A model generated the notes under the pieces. The model did not search any database. It was not told the origin of the DNA and saw only the letters and a program-made list of their open reading frames with translations. A stretch of 64,000 bases of DNA from Felis catus (taxonomy: Eukaryota). The stretch spans positions 119,724,001 through 119,788,000 of the forward strand of contig NC_058368.1 in the NCBI RefSeq assembly GCF_018350175.1, given 5' to 3'. Below, in pieces: positions 1 to 13,434 of this stretch (within the stretch, counting starts at the first letter, position 1; every line of letters begins with the position of its first letter). The translations under genes and the position numbers were made by a program.

Positions 1-147
1 ATGTGACCATGCTGCCAGAGGTCCAAGCTACCACGTGGTCTTTTTCCTTCTGGAAAATGAACATCTTTTGATGGAATCTAAAATAGATTCCTCCCTTAGA
101 TCTAAGGCAGATTTTGTCCCTATGGGAGATTCTGCCGTGTTTCAGGC

Positions 148-427
148 AATAGAAACATAAAGCAAACCATGCATATAATTTAAAATTTTCTGGTAGCTAC
201 ATGAAAAAAAAAAGTAAAAAAGAAGTAAAATTAATTTGAATAAAATATTTTATCTAACCCAATATATAAAAAAATTATCATTTCACTGTATTTCCACATA
301 TTTTTCATTCCCTCAGTTTTTGAATTTAAAATAATTAAAACCAAATAAAATTTAAAAATTGAGCTCTTCATTCACACTTGCCATCATTTAAATGCTCAGT
401 AGCCACCTGTGGCTAATGGCTACTGTC
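148..427. mobile_element. MER3/MER33-like hAT-Charlie DNA transposon remnant
   Basis: Motifs 'caatagaaacataa...aattttctggtagctacat' and 'ctcagtagccacctgtggctaatggctactgt' resemble MER33/MER3 as I recall the consensus. Confidence 0.7.
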
Positions 428-472
428 TTAAGGAAATGAAGCTTTAGAGGGTTCCATTTTAACCTCAAGTTA

Positions 473-685
473 GGAGCACCTCAGTAGCTCATTCGGTAAA
501 ACTTCCGACCCTCAGGTCATGATCTCAAGGCTAGTGAGTTCCAGGACTGAGTTGGGCTGTGGGCTGACAGCTCAGAGTGGGGAGCCTGCTTCGGATTCTG
601 TGTCTCCCTCTCTCTCTCTGCCCTTCCCCTGCTTACACTCTGTCTGTCTGTCTTTCTCTCAAAAGTAAATAAACATTAAAAAAAA
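473..685 (+). mobile_element. Can-SINE (SINEC_Fc-type)
   Basis: tRNA-like head, CT tract, A tail; 13-bp TSD taacctcaagtta at 460-472 and 686-698. Confidence 0.95.
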
Positions 686-2224
686 TAACCTCAAGTTAAA
701 CATCAAGTTGCTCAGTAACATTCTGTACAGATTCATCAGTAGACCCTGAGATTTTGTAGTTACTTTTTTAACGCATGGTTAGAAACATGGAAGCTATTTC
801 AGGCAGAGCAGGTGTTTTCCATTCATTGTAGAATTGTGTCTTCTAGAATTTGATAAGTGCTTTGTAGCTATCTGCCATATTTCCAGCTTGAGTGAGCCTC
901 CAGGCTCATAAAGGAAACCATATCAATGGTTAAATAAAAGAAAGTGATGTCAGTTGTGAAAGTTAAAGTTGAAAAAAAAATTTTTTTTTTGTTCTTGTAG
1001 GCATAGGTGGAGGTGCAGGCTGTGATCTTCATCATTTCCCTTCCATCCCTGAAGAAATTCTGATTCTATCATTTAAAATTCATTACTTTATTATGTTGAA
1101 ATCTACATTGTGAGGGCTTGATAACATCAGGGTAGACTCTGTTTCCATCTGAGTTTTACAACCTACAGGGAGTCTAATCTATCAGAGCTTCCTTCCCAAG
1201 CCGGGGAAAGAGACAAGGAAGAAAGAAAAGATACCTGAAGTTTGCATGTCAACCCTACTCAGAGGTCTTTTTTCTTTTCCCATCCCATCCCATCCCCCTT
1301 TTTTTTCATTTTATTGAAAAATAAAAAAAACACAAAGAGTTTAGTGATAATGGCTTCCCCTGCTGTCCATCATAGTCCTGTCCGCAAAGGACTGTACTAT
1401 TACATTATTTGTACATTAAATGGAATTCATTGTTAAAACCAGGTTTTTCTTGTTTTACACTTTAGATCTTCCATAAACAGGACAGATAATGAACATAAAA
1501 GAACCCAGCTTACCTAGGAAGATAAGGCAAAATTGCCCAGGTGTTTGAATTGTGCTGGCCAGTTTTATCTGGTAGCGATAAATCCTCTCCAGTTCTGGCA
1601 GTCAGTACTGGGGGTGGGGGGGATGAGGAAGAATTAAAACACACTAATAGGTACCCCCCTTTAATGTCTACAGTATCTATTTTACACATAGGACCACATA
1701 GTATTTATTAGACAAAAGTCTCCAAGGTTTGAAGCACAATTATAATAGTTTCTGCTTAGGTAAAAATAATAAATAAAATTAAAATAAACAGTAGGAGATG
1801 ATCTGTTGCAAAGAATCTAATCTTCAATTATTATATTTTGCTTTTGTACAGAAGCATTTACATTCCCTAGTCATCTGATGCCAAACAGGTGCCATATCAG
1901 CAGCCAAGTCTCAGCAATGGGAAGGAAATGAGTTATTTTTTGCTTTTGATGTTGCCTTTGGATGTTCCAATTCAAGTCAAGATGAATTCTTCAAACCTCC
2001 ATATTTGATAGGGACTCTGGCCATTTATCTCTAAAACTGGTGCTCACCAGCCTCATTCCACAAAAGAAAGTTCAGATTTTAACTCTCTTGTGAGAAATGT
2101 AATATATAAAAGCTTCACACATTAATTTTTTAATTCAGTCTGTCTTGGTTGAATCACTCATATTTCCCTTGTTTTTCTTCTCTATCCTGGAGATCACAAG
2201 TTAATTGGGTGACCTGCTGAGCCA

Positions 2225-2450
2225 TTTTTTTTTAAGTTTATTTATTTTGAGAGAAAGAGAGGAAGAGAGAGCTGGTGCACATGTGTGCAGAGGAAGGACA
2301 GAGACAGAGACAGAGAGAATCCCAAGGAGGCTCAACGCTTAGCGTAGATTCTGACATGGGGCTCAATCTCACTGCTGCTGACTGGGAGATCATGACCTGG
2401 GCCGATATTAAGAGTCAGATGCTTAACCAACTGAACCACCCAGGTGCCCC
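2225..2450 (-). mobile_element. Can-SINE
   Basis: Reverse SINE ending caggtgcccc; TSD tgctgagcca at 2215-2224 and 2452-2461. Confidence 0.95.
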
Positions 2451-2504
2451 ATGCTGAGCCAGGTTTTAAGCAACTTCACTCAAACCAGAAAGACCAATGA
2501 ACAT

Positions 2505-2730
2505 AGTGCCTGGTTTAGTAGAAGATCCGAGACTTGGACTCAGACTAGAGTTGCAAACAACAGTTTTGTTATTTAAAAGCTTTTTGAGCCAAGACAAGCC
2601 ACCGGGCAAACTGAGTCAGGCTCCCTGTAAACAATGAGAACAAATCCACCCTCATCAAGTTGTTGTATGGCTCAAAGAAGATGATGTCTACAGGAGAACA
2701 CTTGGCAAACTGTAATGCACTGTAGTAAGA
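2505..2730 (+). mobile_element. MIR-family SINE, degraded
   Basis: MIR core-like 'ctgtaaacaatgag...gttgttgtatggctcaaagaagatgatg...cttggcaaactgtaatgcact'. Confidence 0.6.
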
Positions 2731-3334
2731 ACGTTAATACATACGTAAACCATACTCATCACAGTCCCTTCCTTTTCCACAGACAACAGTTACTACGATA
2801 AAAAATAAGTTACTAGGATGGGCCAGAAACCAGTCTCTCCCTCAAGGGACCTCAACCTTTTCCTCTCTCTCCTAATGAAAACAGAAATACATCCCTGTCT
2901 CTTTGGATGAAAGCTAAAAGCTCTCCAATGAGCAATAAATAAATGATTGCCAGGAAATATATACACTAGCCTCACTAGCCTCACTAAAGCTAACCCATGA
3001 AAGCACACAAGCACAGCCAGCTGATGGAATAAAATGTTCTCAATCTATGCTTTTAGAGGGGATCATTTTGCAAGGGCAAAAATCTTGGTTTTATGAACAA
3101 AGCTTAGTCTACTAATTAAGTGATCTCAACCTATTAACAATTTGTTCCTTTAGGTTGGTATAAGTCACATGTTTTCCCATTCTTTGAAGATTCTAGTACC
3201 TTTCTCAGCGTGTAGCTGCCTTGTCCATAGGGAAGAGAGGCTAAGCTAAAATCCTCTACCTCCTGATTAGCACCAGAAGCTTCCAAGAATTTGCTGAGCT
3301 CTAGATTTCCATAGTCTGTATTTAACTAGAATAG

Positions 3335-3555
3335 GAGCTGCGCAATCAGTCTGACTGGGTCAAACTCTACAACTTATTTCTTGTTTGATATTGTGCACAC
3401 AAATTACCTAAACTTTTGGTGATTCAGTTTCCTAATCTATAAAATGGAAATGATGGCAGTAACTATTTCATGGAGTTGCTGAGAAGGTTAAATGAAATTA
3501 TAAAGTACTTAATGAAGTGTCTGGATCATGGTAAACCCTCAGTTAATACTAGTTT
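3335..3555 (+). mobile_element. MIR
   Basis: 'tcagtttcctaatctataaaatgg...gttgctgagaaggttaaatga'. Confidence 0.8.
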
Positions 3556-3559
3556 TTCA

Positions 3560-3560
<1 letters not shown>

Positions 3561-3602
<42 letters not shown>
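3561..3602. repeat. (ATT)n microsatellite
   Basis: Read directly from the sequence. Confidence 0.98.
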
Positions 3603-4000
3603 GAAATGAGAGGTTTTTAAGCTTTTTAGATAGAAAATTATACTATAATATTCCTTATTCCTTATTAAACTTTAAACAGGTATTTTTAGATTCACTATTG
3701 AAAATTCCTATCTGTGGTAACAAGCCTCATGTCCTCTGGAAACATTTTAATGTCTGATTCTTATTTTGAAAGCCACAAAACCCACCAGAAGAGTTGAAGT
3801 AACTTCAGAGTGTGAACATCCTCATTCTTTCTCTAAACCCCCAACTCTTATCATAGTGTTGTGTGCTTTACTCAATACTTACTGACTGTGATAGTTTTTA
3901 TACCAAAAGGTCGTTGTCAATGTCTGGAACATAGAACAAGAAAAATGGTGTAGATCTTGGCAATGACTCTGTTATAGTATCGGCATCATTAGATACCAAA

Positions 4001-4330
4001 TCATTTACCTAGGTCCTCTTGCATGCGAGGCACTGTTTGATGCTGAAGACACATAAAACCTTGTCTCTGCCCATGAACTGCTAATACTCTAGTGGAGGCA
4101 CAAACACAAATAGAAGTGCTTATTAGATAATTAGGAAGTGTTGTATCTGAGGAACAAATAAAATGCAGAGGGAGAAAGCAATTCTGCCTTTTGGACGAAG
4201 TCAGGGAAAGCTGAAGAAGAGGCAACATTTGAGATGGGTCTTTGAAGATGAGCGGGAGTTGGGCTGGTGGCGGTCTGGAAAGGGGGAGGGCCATTCAGGC
4301 AGAAGGAACAGCATGTGCAAAGGTACAGAT
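4001..4330 (-). mobile_element. L2 LINE 3' fragment
   Basis: 'gaggcactgtttgatgctgaagacaca...cattcaggcagaaggaacagcatgtgcaaagg' is typical reverse-strand L2. Confidence 0.8.
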
Positions 4331-4679
4331 CTTTGAAAGGATGGCTCCTGGGAGTTATATGAAACTAGTGGTTGGTTTAGTATGTCAAGAATAAAGTATG
4401 ATAGAGATTGTGCTATTAATTACACTTACTTAAAAATTATGGACATAACTCTCCCATAGTGATATAGAGATAATACAAAATATGAATCACTCATATTTTG
4501 TGAAGTAGAGCTAAATATGAAAGATACTATTGTAGAGAAACATGCTTCTAGCATAGTAAGACAGGTGGAGAAATTTAGGAAGGCATCAATGTGAGCCTTC
4601 CCTAAAGGTTTTACTCGGTAAGGAAGATCTGTGTAAGTGCCTTTAGCTGCTGGGACTCTGGGGGAGGCATCATGGGACT

Positions 4680-4810
4680 AGCAGTGGTCCAGAAGAAAGA
4701 TCTGTTCGGCTACCAGCTTGGTGGTGACCTGGGAAAGTTGTTTAACCCTGCAGGCTTTATTTTCCTCATCTGTGAAGTAAAGGCTTTGGACGAGATGATT
4801 TTAAAAGACT
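4680..4810 (+). mobile_element. MIR
   Basis: 'gtgacctgggaaagttgtttaacc...ttcctcatctgtgaa'. Confidence 0.7.
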
Positions 4811-6715
4811 CAAAATTTAAGGATATATCATCTTGGCAATGACTACCTCAGGACTGGAGTATGTTTTAATGGCTTGCCTGCTCCCCACTGAAAAATGCCC
4901 CATGACTAATCGATGACAGTAGGTCAGGTGGTTAGGCACAAGTGACTAGCCCTAGAAGGACAGAAATTCTATTAAATCTCCACTTAGATTCTCTAGCTTC
5001 ATTGTTCCTTCTCTTCGGTGCTAGGTCCTTGGGTGTTCTGAGACCCTTCCCAGAATGTTTCTCCTATTCTGAAAGTCTGGCTGCTTGCGGCTCTGCCAAT
5101 TATATGCCTCTATTTGGTTTTCATCAGGGTGAACAGAAAGCACTAAAATATTTCTATCCAAGTTGGTTTGGCTCTCGTTTCTCATCCTGTTAAAGAATGG
5201 TCACTATTTAGATCACACTCCATGAGGCTGCTGTCCTTGCTATCATAATTGTGATTTGGCAGATTGATACAGTATTAAATTCCAGTTGAGCAGATGGTGC
5301 CAGGATTTAAACTTATGCTTATCAGATACAGATGGTCCAAACAGTGAACTTATCTGTTGGTTATTTTTATTTGGAGTAGGTTAAATATAAATTACTTTGC
5401 ATCTTTTTTCTTTGGTGACTTTTATTTTTTTAGTGATTACAAATTACTTCTCTTATTCTTTATCCTTTTGAGGGCAAGATCTTTGATTTTAACTAATACA
5501 TATTTCCTTCCATGTTGACCCAGATTATCTCCCCTAAACCTCTTCTATTTGTTTTCCAGTTTCTCTGGAACAAGAGAAAAAAAAAACCAACAAAAAACAG
5601 TCCACACTGTTAATTAGTCTGGAAGAAAACACTTTATGGTTATCAAGAGTTCCTAATCATACACCCCCACTCTGCTCCACCCCCAGGAAAAATTGTCAGT
5701 AGCACAGCACAACAGAACTTAGCACCCAGGTCTAGAAGGGCCCATGCTCACTTCAGAGATGACAAAGTAAAATAGAGCATCAGAGAAACTGAGAGATTTA
5801 TCCAAGGTCACATTGAAGTGTTTTTAAGAGTCAAGGCCAGAACTGTGTCTTCAAATTCCTGTTTGGTACTCTTTTCAGACACCACACAGCCTCCTGGAAC
5901 CAGTCCGGTTGCTTAGCATCAGATACTGTTACTAGCGACTGGCATATTTCCCACATGGGGAAATTGATGCCATCACTATGGAGGACAAACTCTCTGCCAA
6001 CTTTCTGAAAAACCGCAAGTTCTGCAAACGTTTCATGGTTCTGATTCTGAAGGTGGGACTTGTGCAACCAAATAGCTATGGATTGAAAGAAGGAGATGTT
6101 GCAATGAAGAAGGGAGGAGCAATAATGCTGATGTAGAATGTAGGAAACAAGAGCTAGGACTTGGATGCTCTGGCTGAAAAAGACTCAGGGAGGCAAATAT
6201 GTCACATAAATTTCGATTGCCTTCTTGAAGATTTTCAGGAGCTGACTTTTCAATCTCTTAGGAATTTATTTCAGTATTTCATCACCCTGAGAGTCAATAA
6301 GCTTCCATCACTTTCATTTAGGAGCATTAATCCCCTTTAGTTTGGTAACTTCAAGTCAAAAGTTGTTGCTTCTCTCATTTTCTTCGGAAGAAGTGAGAGT
6401 TGCCTAAGAAGGTGACAAAGTCAGGATTGAAACTTGTTTAGATAAACGGCTTTTAATGGAGAGTGTGATAGTAACCGGACTTCATTTCATGCTTCTCTAA
6501 TGATCATTTAGTCTTATTGACTCTTCTCAGGGATAGGCTTTTCTCCTTCCCAAGAGTGCAGTGTGTTAGTCTCCTAACAGCCATTCTCTCTGTTGAGAAG
6601 AATTGGGTTATAAGACACTAAGATCTGGAAAAGCGAGGATATAACTTGCATTCATCCAAAACAAGTAATTTGAGCTCTTTTGGCACACCCTTAAGGACCA
6701 TTTATTGAGTTGTCC

Positions 6716-6900
6716 CCATTCATCTATTCTACAAGTGTTTTACTGAGTGTCTTCTTGGTGCTGGGTATTAGGAATACCTAGGACAAGACAGATGCTTGCC
6801 TGCAAGGAGCTTGTAGTCCAGGGGAGGATTCAGACAATTAAGTTGATGATTGTAATCCATAACAAGCACAAAACTGTGATAGAAGCAGGAATGTGAGGTG
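6716..6900 (-). mobile_element. L2 fragment
   Basis: 'cattcatctattc...ttactgagtgtct...caaggagcttgtagtccagggga'. Confidence 0.7.
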
Positions 6901-6974
6901 GAGAAAACACACAGTGCAGGGAAGCCCATGGGAGATGCTCACTAAATGCTTATTGAATGAGACGAGAGATCTAA

Positions 6975-7145
6975 AATTGCAACTTACTAATTGTACGATT
7001 TTTGGCAAGCCTGTGCCTCAGTTGTCTTATCTGAAAACTGGGGTTAATAATAGCTTCTAGATAGCTTCTCAGAGTTTTTATGAGAATCAATTAAAACAAT
7101 ACACTTAAAAGCACTTAAGAAACCGTAATGCTATATAAGGGAATT
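6975..7145 (+). mobile_element. MIR
   Basis: 'ctgtgcctcagttgtcttatctgaaaactggggttaataatag'. Confidence 0.75.
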
Positions 7146-7854
7146 ATTAAAAGAAATGATCTTTCTCTTCCTGATGTTGTCTGTGGTCATGGTATCTCAA
7201 TGTGGAAGTTATTCAGAATTTTTGGGTAAATTTCCTGGGAGAATGGATTTCAGCCAAATAAATGTGTCTGTGGAAGTCCCTGAGAGACTTTATTTGAAAG
7301 TGCCTTCTTTACAAGACAAAAACACATGACATAAACCCTAGAGACAGTAGTGAAGAATCTAATTCAGTTTGCATTTCAGAATCTTCTTTCAGAAGATTCT
7401 GAAAGATTTTATTTCATTTTTAAAGGGCTTTTAAGAAAATGTTTACCTCTTCAACACCTGTTTTGACAGGCCTCTAAATTCCCAGTGATTAAATCCATGA
7501 TGGTACCAGATTCCCCTACAAACATTCAAAAATACCATAATCATAAACTACCTTCTCTTTTTGAATGCCTACTGTGTGCTCAACATTGATGCCAAGGAAA
7601 ATCTCAGAAGAAACAAGGTGGTCTTTACCATCAAGGATCATATAGCTGATTGATGGACCATGACCACCCACACAAAATGATAATGAAGGAAAACTACACA
7701 AACATACGTCACATACAGAATGGGTTGGAGAACTTATCATGGGTTTATGAAGGCATTGAGGTTCCATTGGCGCCTGGAGAATGGACAAGATTTGGATAAG
7801 GCTGAATGGAATGGGTGAATTATTAATTTTTAGTGTCAGTTTCTGTGCTAATAT

Positions 7855-8110
7855 TAATGGCTTCCATTTATCAAATGCTTTCTATATGCCAGACATGTGC
7901 TAAGAGCTTTATGTGTATGACTCCATTTTATCTTCATAACAGACCTATGAAGTTGATACTATTCACATCTCTATTTTATGTATGAGAAAATTTAGTTTCA
8001 GAGGATTATGTGTCATTAGAGACCGAACTAATAAGTGATAAAGTCGGGCCTTAAACTAAGCTAAATCTTGTCTTAAAGTCCATGTTATTAACCAACGTAT
8101 TATGCCACCT
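7855..8110 (-). mobile_element. MIR
   Basis: 'catttatcaaatgctttctatatgccagacatgtgctaagagcttta...cttcataacagacctatga'. Confidence 0.8.
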
Positions 8111-8369
8111 TCTGACTCTGTGTGCATTGGAAAGGTTTCAACTGAATGACTCACATCCACTGAAGAATTAGTCAGCATTTTTAAAATTTCCTGAATATCT
8201 CTTTAAATTAGATTCTTCCTCCTTTCCTTTCTGCCTCCATTCCTTCTATCTTTCCTTCCTTCTTTCCTCCTTCTTTCTTTTCTCCCTCCTTCACGTCTTC
8301 TCTCCTTCTCTTCTTTCCTTCTCTTCTTCTCATAATATATGGTGGCTTTTTTTGTTTTTTTTTTTCAGT

Positions 8370-8870
8370 TAATTTTTAAATTTTGAGATAATTTAAATCT
8401 AAAAGAATAGTTTTAAAAAATACAATGTCTCAGTCCCTTCACTTGGCCTTTCTTTATGTTAATATTTTATGTAATCATAGAACATGTGCCAAAATTAAGA
8501 CATTAACTAACCTTAGTATAACACAGCACAATTAGCTGATATACAGGACTTATTAGCATTTCACCAGTTTCCTCTAATGTCTTTTTTTTTTTTTTTTTAT
8601 TCTAACATCCAGTCCAGGTTGCGACACTGCCTTTGGTCGTGTCTCTGTAGTCTCCTCCAGTCTGTGACAGCACCTCTGTCTGTCCTTGTCTTTCAGAACC
8701 TTGACACTTTTAAAGAGTACAGGCCAGTTATTTTGTCTAGTGTGTCTCAGTTTGTGTTTATCTGATGTTTTCTTATGATTAGATTGAGGTTATGCGTTAT
8801 TGGAAAGGATACCAGAGAGGTGATGGGTCCTTCTCAGCGCCTCATGTCAAGGGGTACTTGATGACAGTAT
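8370..8870 (-). mobile_element. Old L1M (L1MC/ME-like) 3' fragment
   Basis: 'accttgacacttttaaagagtacaggccagttattttgt...ttatgattagattgaggttatgc'. Confidence 0.75.
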
Positions 8871-10776
8871 ATGGTTTTAAAACGTCCTTTGATGTCGCTA
8901 GATTGTTTAGGCTAGTGAGGAGATAGAAAAGGAAACGTAGCTCTGAAAAACAGAATTGGGTGGGGGTACAAGCATTGCAAGTGGGAAGTGATGAGCTCTG
9001 CTCCTATACCTTATCCTCCACACTGTGAAGTTAATACAGGGTACAAGAGGACAAATTCTTCTGTCAAGTCACACAGGGTGCCTGAGGTCCTCTTAACTCT
9101 GAAATTCACTCTGAAGGGGCTAAGCTTTTGTCTGGACGTGATTTTCTGCTTTGATAGCCTGGGGATAGTGATAGTGGAAGGAAGGGCACTAAATGAGTAA
9201 AAAGCATTCCAAATAATGCAGTTCCTCTCTGACCTCACTCATGTTCTCACAACACTTCAGGGGCATTAAAGGATGGGATTGAAAACCTGACATACAACTT
9301 TCATTATGGCTGAGGTGGAAAGATGATATTAAAGGCACTCATGTCTGGGAATAACAGGATATTTCAGTGGAAGCACTCTTTTCATGAGAGCCTTTGAATT
9401 TTACACATGAAGTAGATTGGAAATTGCAATCAGGTCAATTAAAGGCACACTACTTTTTACACAAATCCTTTCCTTAATCACTGGCTTTGGTGGATGTTTT
9501 AATTTTATTCAAGGAGGCAAATAGGCTTGTGTGTGAATAAAAATGAAAAGATTGTTATTATAAAGACTTTATCACTAGTGCTCCCCTGTTGAATACAGTG
9601 ATTTTCTGGTTACCTGATCCAAAATGAATCAAAAGTCAGTGGCATAAGAGAGCACAATACAATAATTCAGGGCACAAAGTTTTGCCTATGAAGCATAAAT
9701 ATTTGAACATTTGCATTACCATTTCTGAATGAGTGGATTAAGTAGCTATGAAATATTAACTCATGTTCTTTCGGGTATGATTGAAATATTACATTCAGTA
9801 TTTACCCCCCACGAAAAGCCCCCACAAATCCCTGTGTTCTATGAAACGTGAAAAGAATCTCATTTCACTGTCTTGCTTCATTTAACTGGTGCCAATTCTA
9901 TGATACGACATGGCAACCATGTTGCAGTTGAGAATTTAAGATTTTCATTGTGTTTTGGGAGGAAGAGTACACAGCTGTATCCCATCACACCTACTTTCTC
10001 TAAAGGTTGTTGGTAAATTGAAATTGATAAATTCAGAAGAAGAGCTGGTAATCTAAAGAGGTTTTTTTTTTTTAAAGGGAACACATTTTTTAAATGTTTT
10101 ATGTTTTATAAGCTTGCTGTTGTAAATATGAAAAAATGTTAAAGCAAGATGCATTACTTGGAATTCTGAGACCAGAAACTTCTTACCTATTTAGGGACCA
10201 TGCACCAACATTCTACTTTACTGATGGGGTCATGTTAGTCTTGTTTGGAAAATAATACAGTTCTTAGCAGGTGACTTTTTGTAGAAAATGATAAGCCTTT
10301 CAACAAAATACAATATCATCATTATCATTATTATTATTGAATAAATAATACAAACTATTGTCACATATATTAATTCTACATGTATATTAAATCTCACCAG
10401 ACATTATAATAATTTTGTATAGCCCATATTTATTCATGGACCAATATTGATACATTATTATTAACTGAAGTTCATAATTTATTCAGATTCCTTTACTTTT
10501 TACTTAATATCCTTATTCTGTTCTAGGATTCCAGATTACATTTAGCTATCTCCTTTCTTTAGGCTCCTGTTGGCTGATGTTTTTCTAATGATTAGGTCAG
10601 AACTGTGGGCTTTTGTCATGTCATATCAATAGTACACACTATCAACATGACTTATCATTCTGATCTTGACCTTGATCGTTTAGCTGATGTTGTGGTTGTC
10701 AGGTTTCTCCATCATAAAGTTGCACCTTCCCTCCCCACCCTTTCCACGCTGTATTCTTTGAAAAGAAGTCACTACT

Positions 10777-11003
10777 GGGGCACTCTGGTGGGTCAGTTGC
10801 TCAAGTATCTGACTTTGGTTGGGTCATGATCTCACAGTTTGTGGGTTCAAGCCCTGCATTGGGCTCTCTGCTGTCAGCACAGGACCCATTTAAAATCCTC
10901 TACCCCCCTCTCTCCCTGCCCCTTCCCTGCTCATTGTATCTCTTTCTCTCTCTCTCTCAGAAATAAACATGTAAGGAAATTAAACAAACAAACAAACAAA
11001 TAA
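10777..11003 (+). mobile_element. Can-SINE
   Basis: SINE body with (AAAC)n tail; TSD gaaaagaagtc at 10760-10770 and 11004-11014. Confidence 0.93.
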
Positions 11004-11301
11004 GAAAAGAAGTCTCTATACATGGTTCACACTATGTTCCTCCTCAAAGTGAGAATATCTACAGAAATTATTTGGAATTCTTCTGCATCAGAGATTTGTC
11101 TCTTCTTTCTCATTTATTTCTTTATTCAGTCATTTATTAATGTTGTGGACATTTATTTTATATTTTATACAAAGTTATAATTCAACTTTGCATTATACTT
11201 TATTTACTTTTTGCTCAAGTTCTTCCAGCTTTGACTCTTGGCAACTCTTTCATTTGTCATCTCTGTTCCTTTGACATACCACCAGCTTTATGGGTTTTTT
11301 A

Positions 11302-11303
<2 letters not shown>

Positions 11304-11345
<42 letters not shown>

Positions 11346-11372
11346 CGCGCACGCATGCACGCGCGTGTGTGT
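11304..11372. repeat. (TG)n/(GC)-alternating purine-pyrimidine tract
   Basis: Read directly from the sequence. Confidence 0.97.
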
Positions 11373-12812
11373 CTTTAAGCACTTCATTATTTTCTGGTAC
11401 TACAAGTTACTCTGGGCTTATTTTGAATATTTCTTACTCCAATCTCAGGAATTATTCAACCATTTCTATGAGGATGACTGGTTTCTTGTATTGGATAATG
11501 GTATTAAAAAGCAAGAAGTGGGTGTTCAGTGTACTTCTTGCTACTCAGGTGACTTTGCTTCTAGTCTCTTGCATCTGACAGAGCAAGAACACACATTATC
11601 ATATGTGTATACTAACTATGTATGTATATATACCTAAAAATATTATACAGGATATGTGTAAGTATGATACAGATAGCATAACCATCTGTAATTATATTAA
11701 GCTAATTAGGAGTTCATTTTGATGACTCCAGCTCTAATCCATTATTACATGGATCATTCTAGGTTCCTCCCCTTGCTTATCTGTAAACTCCCTCTCCAAC
11801 AGAGAGAAACCTGTTCCTGCTATCTGCCATCCACTTACTTAACTGTTCAATTCCAGTATGCATGTGTAGCAAATTCAAAATTGTTAACCTGTACTCTGTG
11901 GGACATAACTTTACCAACTAGAGAAAGGTACATATGTACAGTTACTTTGCTTTGGGTCTTAACAGACTCCATCCATTTCTAGAGTTACTTAGGTCAGCAC
12001 CTTCACCAACCAACTATTATTTGGATCCCATATGAGTTTGTTAATGTTGTCTGTTTTTGTTTTTTCTTCTCTTTGTGATCCCTTTGTCTTATTCCTTCTT
12101 GGGCTTGTTTTTTTTTTTTTTTTTTTTATTGAGTTCCAGACACTGTATTTGAAATATCAGGGTAAAGTGAGCTCTAAGATGGTATTCCTCTAGACAGGAT
12201 TTATTTTTGCTTCCAACAGGAGGCTAGAGCCAACAGAAGAAGTCCTGGATAACGTTAACTCAAACTCAAGGATTGAGATAATTTGAATCAGCCCTTTTAT
12301 CATTGTGAAGGTTGATGTATTTATGGTATATAGTCTTTTAAGGTACCCAAGGCAAAGCATGGAGAGTTTCCACGACTCCTGATCCTTCGCGGACTTAGGA
12401 CTTCATTTTTTGTCTAACTCAACAGTGTAAATCTGTACTCGTCTTCTTAGTCCACTCTTTTGGGATTGACTGGTGTCCAATGAAGTCTGTGTAAGAGGTG
12501 GTTGAGTTAAATGATGTATAAGACCCTTGAGTGTGGGGCACTGGGTTGTGCTTAAATAAATTGGTTCCTACCAATTTCTATTTTAGTTGTCAGATTAAGA
12601 GTATACACAAAAAACATTGAGAGCCAGTGGCATTGTACAGGCCAGTCAAGACTAGCAGAATCTATGTTAAGTTGGTTGCTTGTACAATAGAAGGAATAAG
12701 CACAAAACAGATACATAAAGGAGAAACTGGTGAGAGTTTCTGTCTAAGGTGTGGAATTGAACTAACAGGCTTCTTTTCTACTTTTCTACTTCCCTATCCG
12801 ATATACTCTCTG

Positions 12813-12815
<3 letters not shown>

Positions 12816-12868
<53 letters not shown>

Positions 12869-12873
12869 TATAC

Positions 12874-12956
<83 letters not shown>
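12816..12956. repeat. Compound (TA)n/(CA)n microsatellite, about 140 bp
   Basis: Read directly from the sequence. Confidence 0.98.
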
Positions 12957-12961
<5 letters not shown>

Positions 12962-13434
12962 ACCCAATCTATCTCAACTTTAACAAAATGACTTTAATAA
13001 ATTAAGTCTGTGTTTTGTTTGAAGTTGAATAAATACATCTATTTTTAGATATCTTTCCCAATGAGTCTTCAGAAGTGGACCCAATTTCCAGCTTCTCACC
13101 TTCCTTTTTTCTCACCTCTGCCAGGAGTCTTGTGGCATGATTAGAATTCTAACTTTTTGTCTTATCAACTATGTAGCATTTTGAGCCTTATATTCTTTAT
13201 TGGTAAATCAAATAGATTGTAGTATTTAATGTGAAACTCCTTAAAATCTGAAAATTGTGTGTGAATTATGCATTATTAACATCGTTTTGGCCTGTCATCT
13301 AATTGTGAACTATGGAGGTAGTAAGATTAGAAAACTTTGGATATGGGAAGACAATAATGATTATTCTTTTAAAAAAGCTGATTGAGACCCTCAAAAACCT
13401 GAATTATAATTTTTTATTCATTTTAACATTTATT

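Larger units (their letters stand above)
10405..12000 (-). mobile_element. Old L1MC-like 3' fragment interrupted by a SINE and a microsatellite
   Basis: 'ccaatattgatacattattattaact', 'gtcaggtttctccatcataaagtt', 'attatttggaattcttctgc'. Confidence 0.75.

Noticed and set aside
980..1010. Strong plus-strand splice acceptor-like site (also at about 1850, 52409, 53231 and 61341)
   Set aside because: No matching strong donor with a convincing coding frame; such motifs are common by chance
11231..12962. ORFs of 111-115 aa with CVCV or IYIY runs
   Set aside because: Translations of microsatellites
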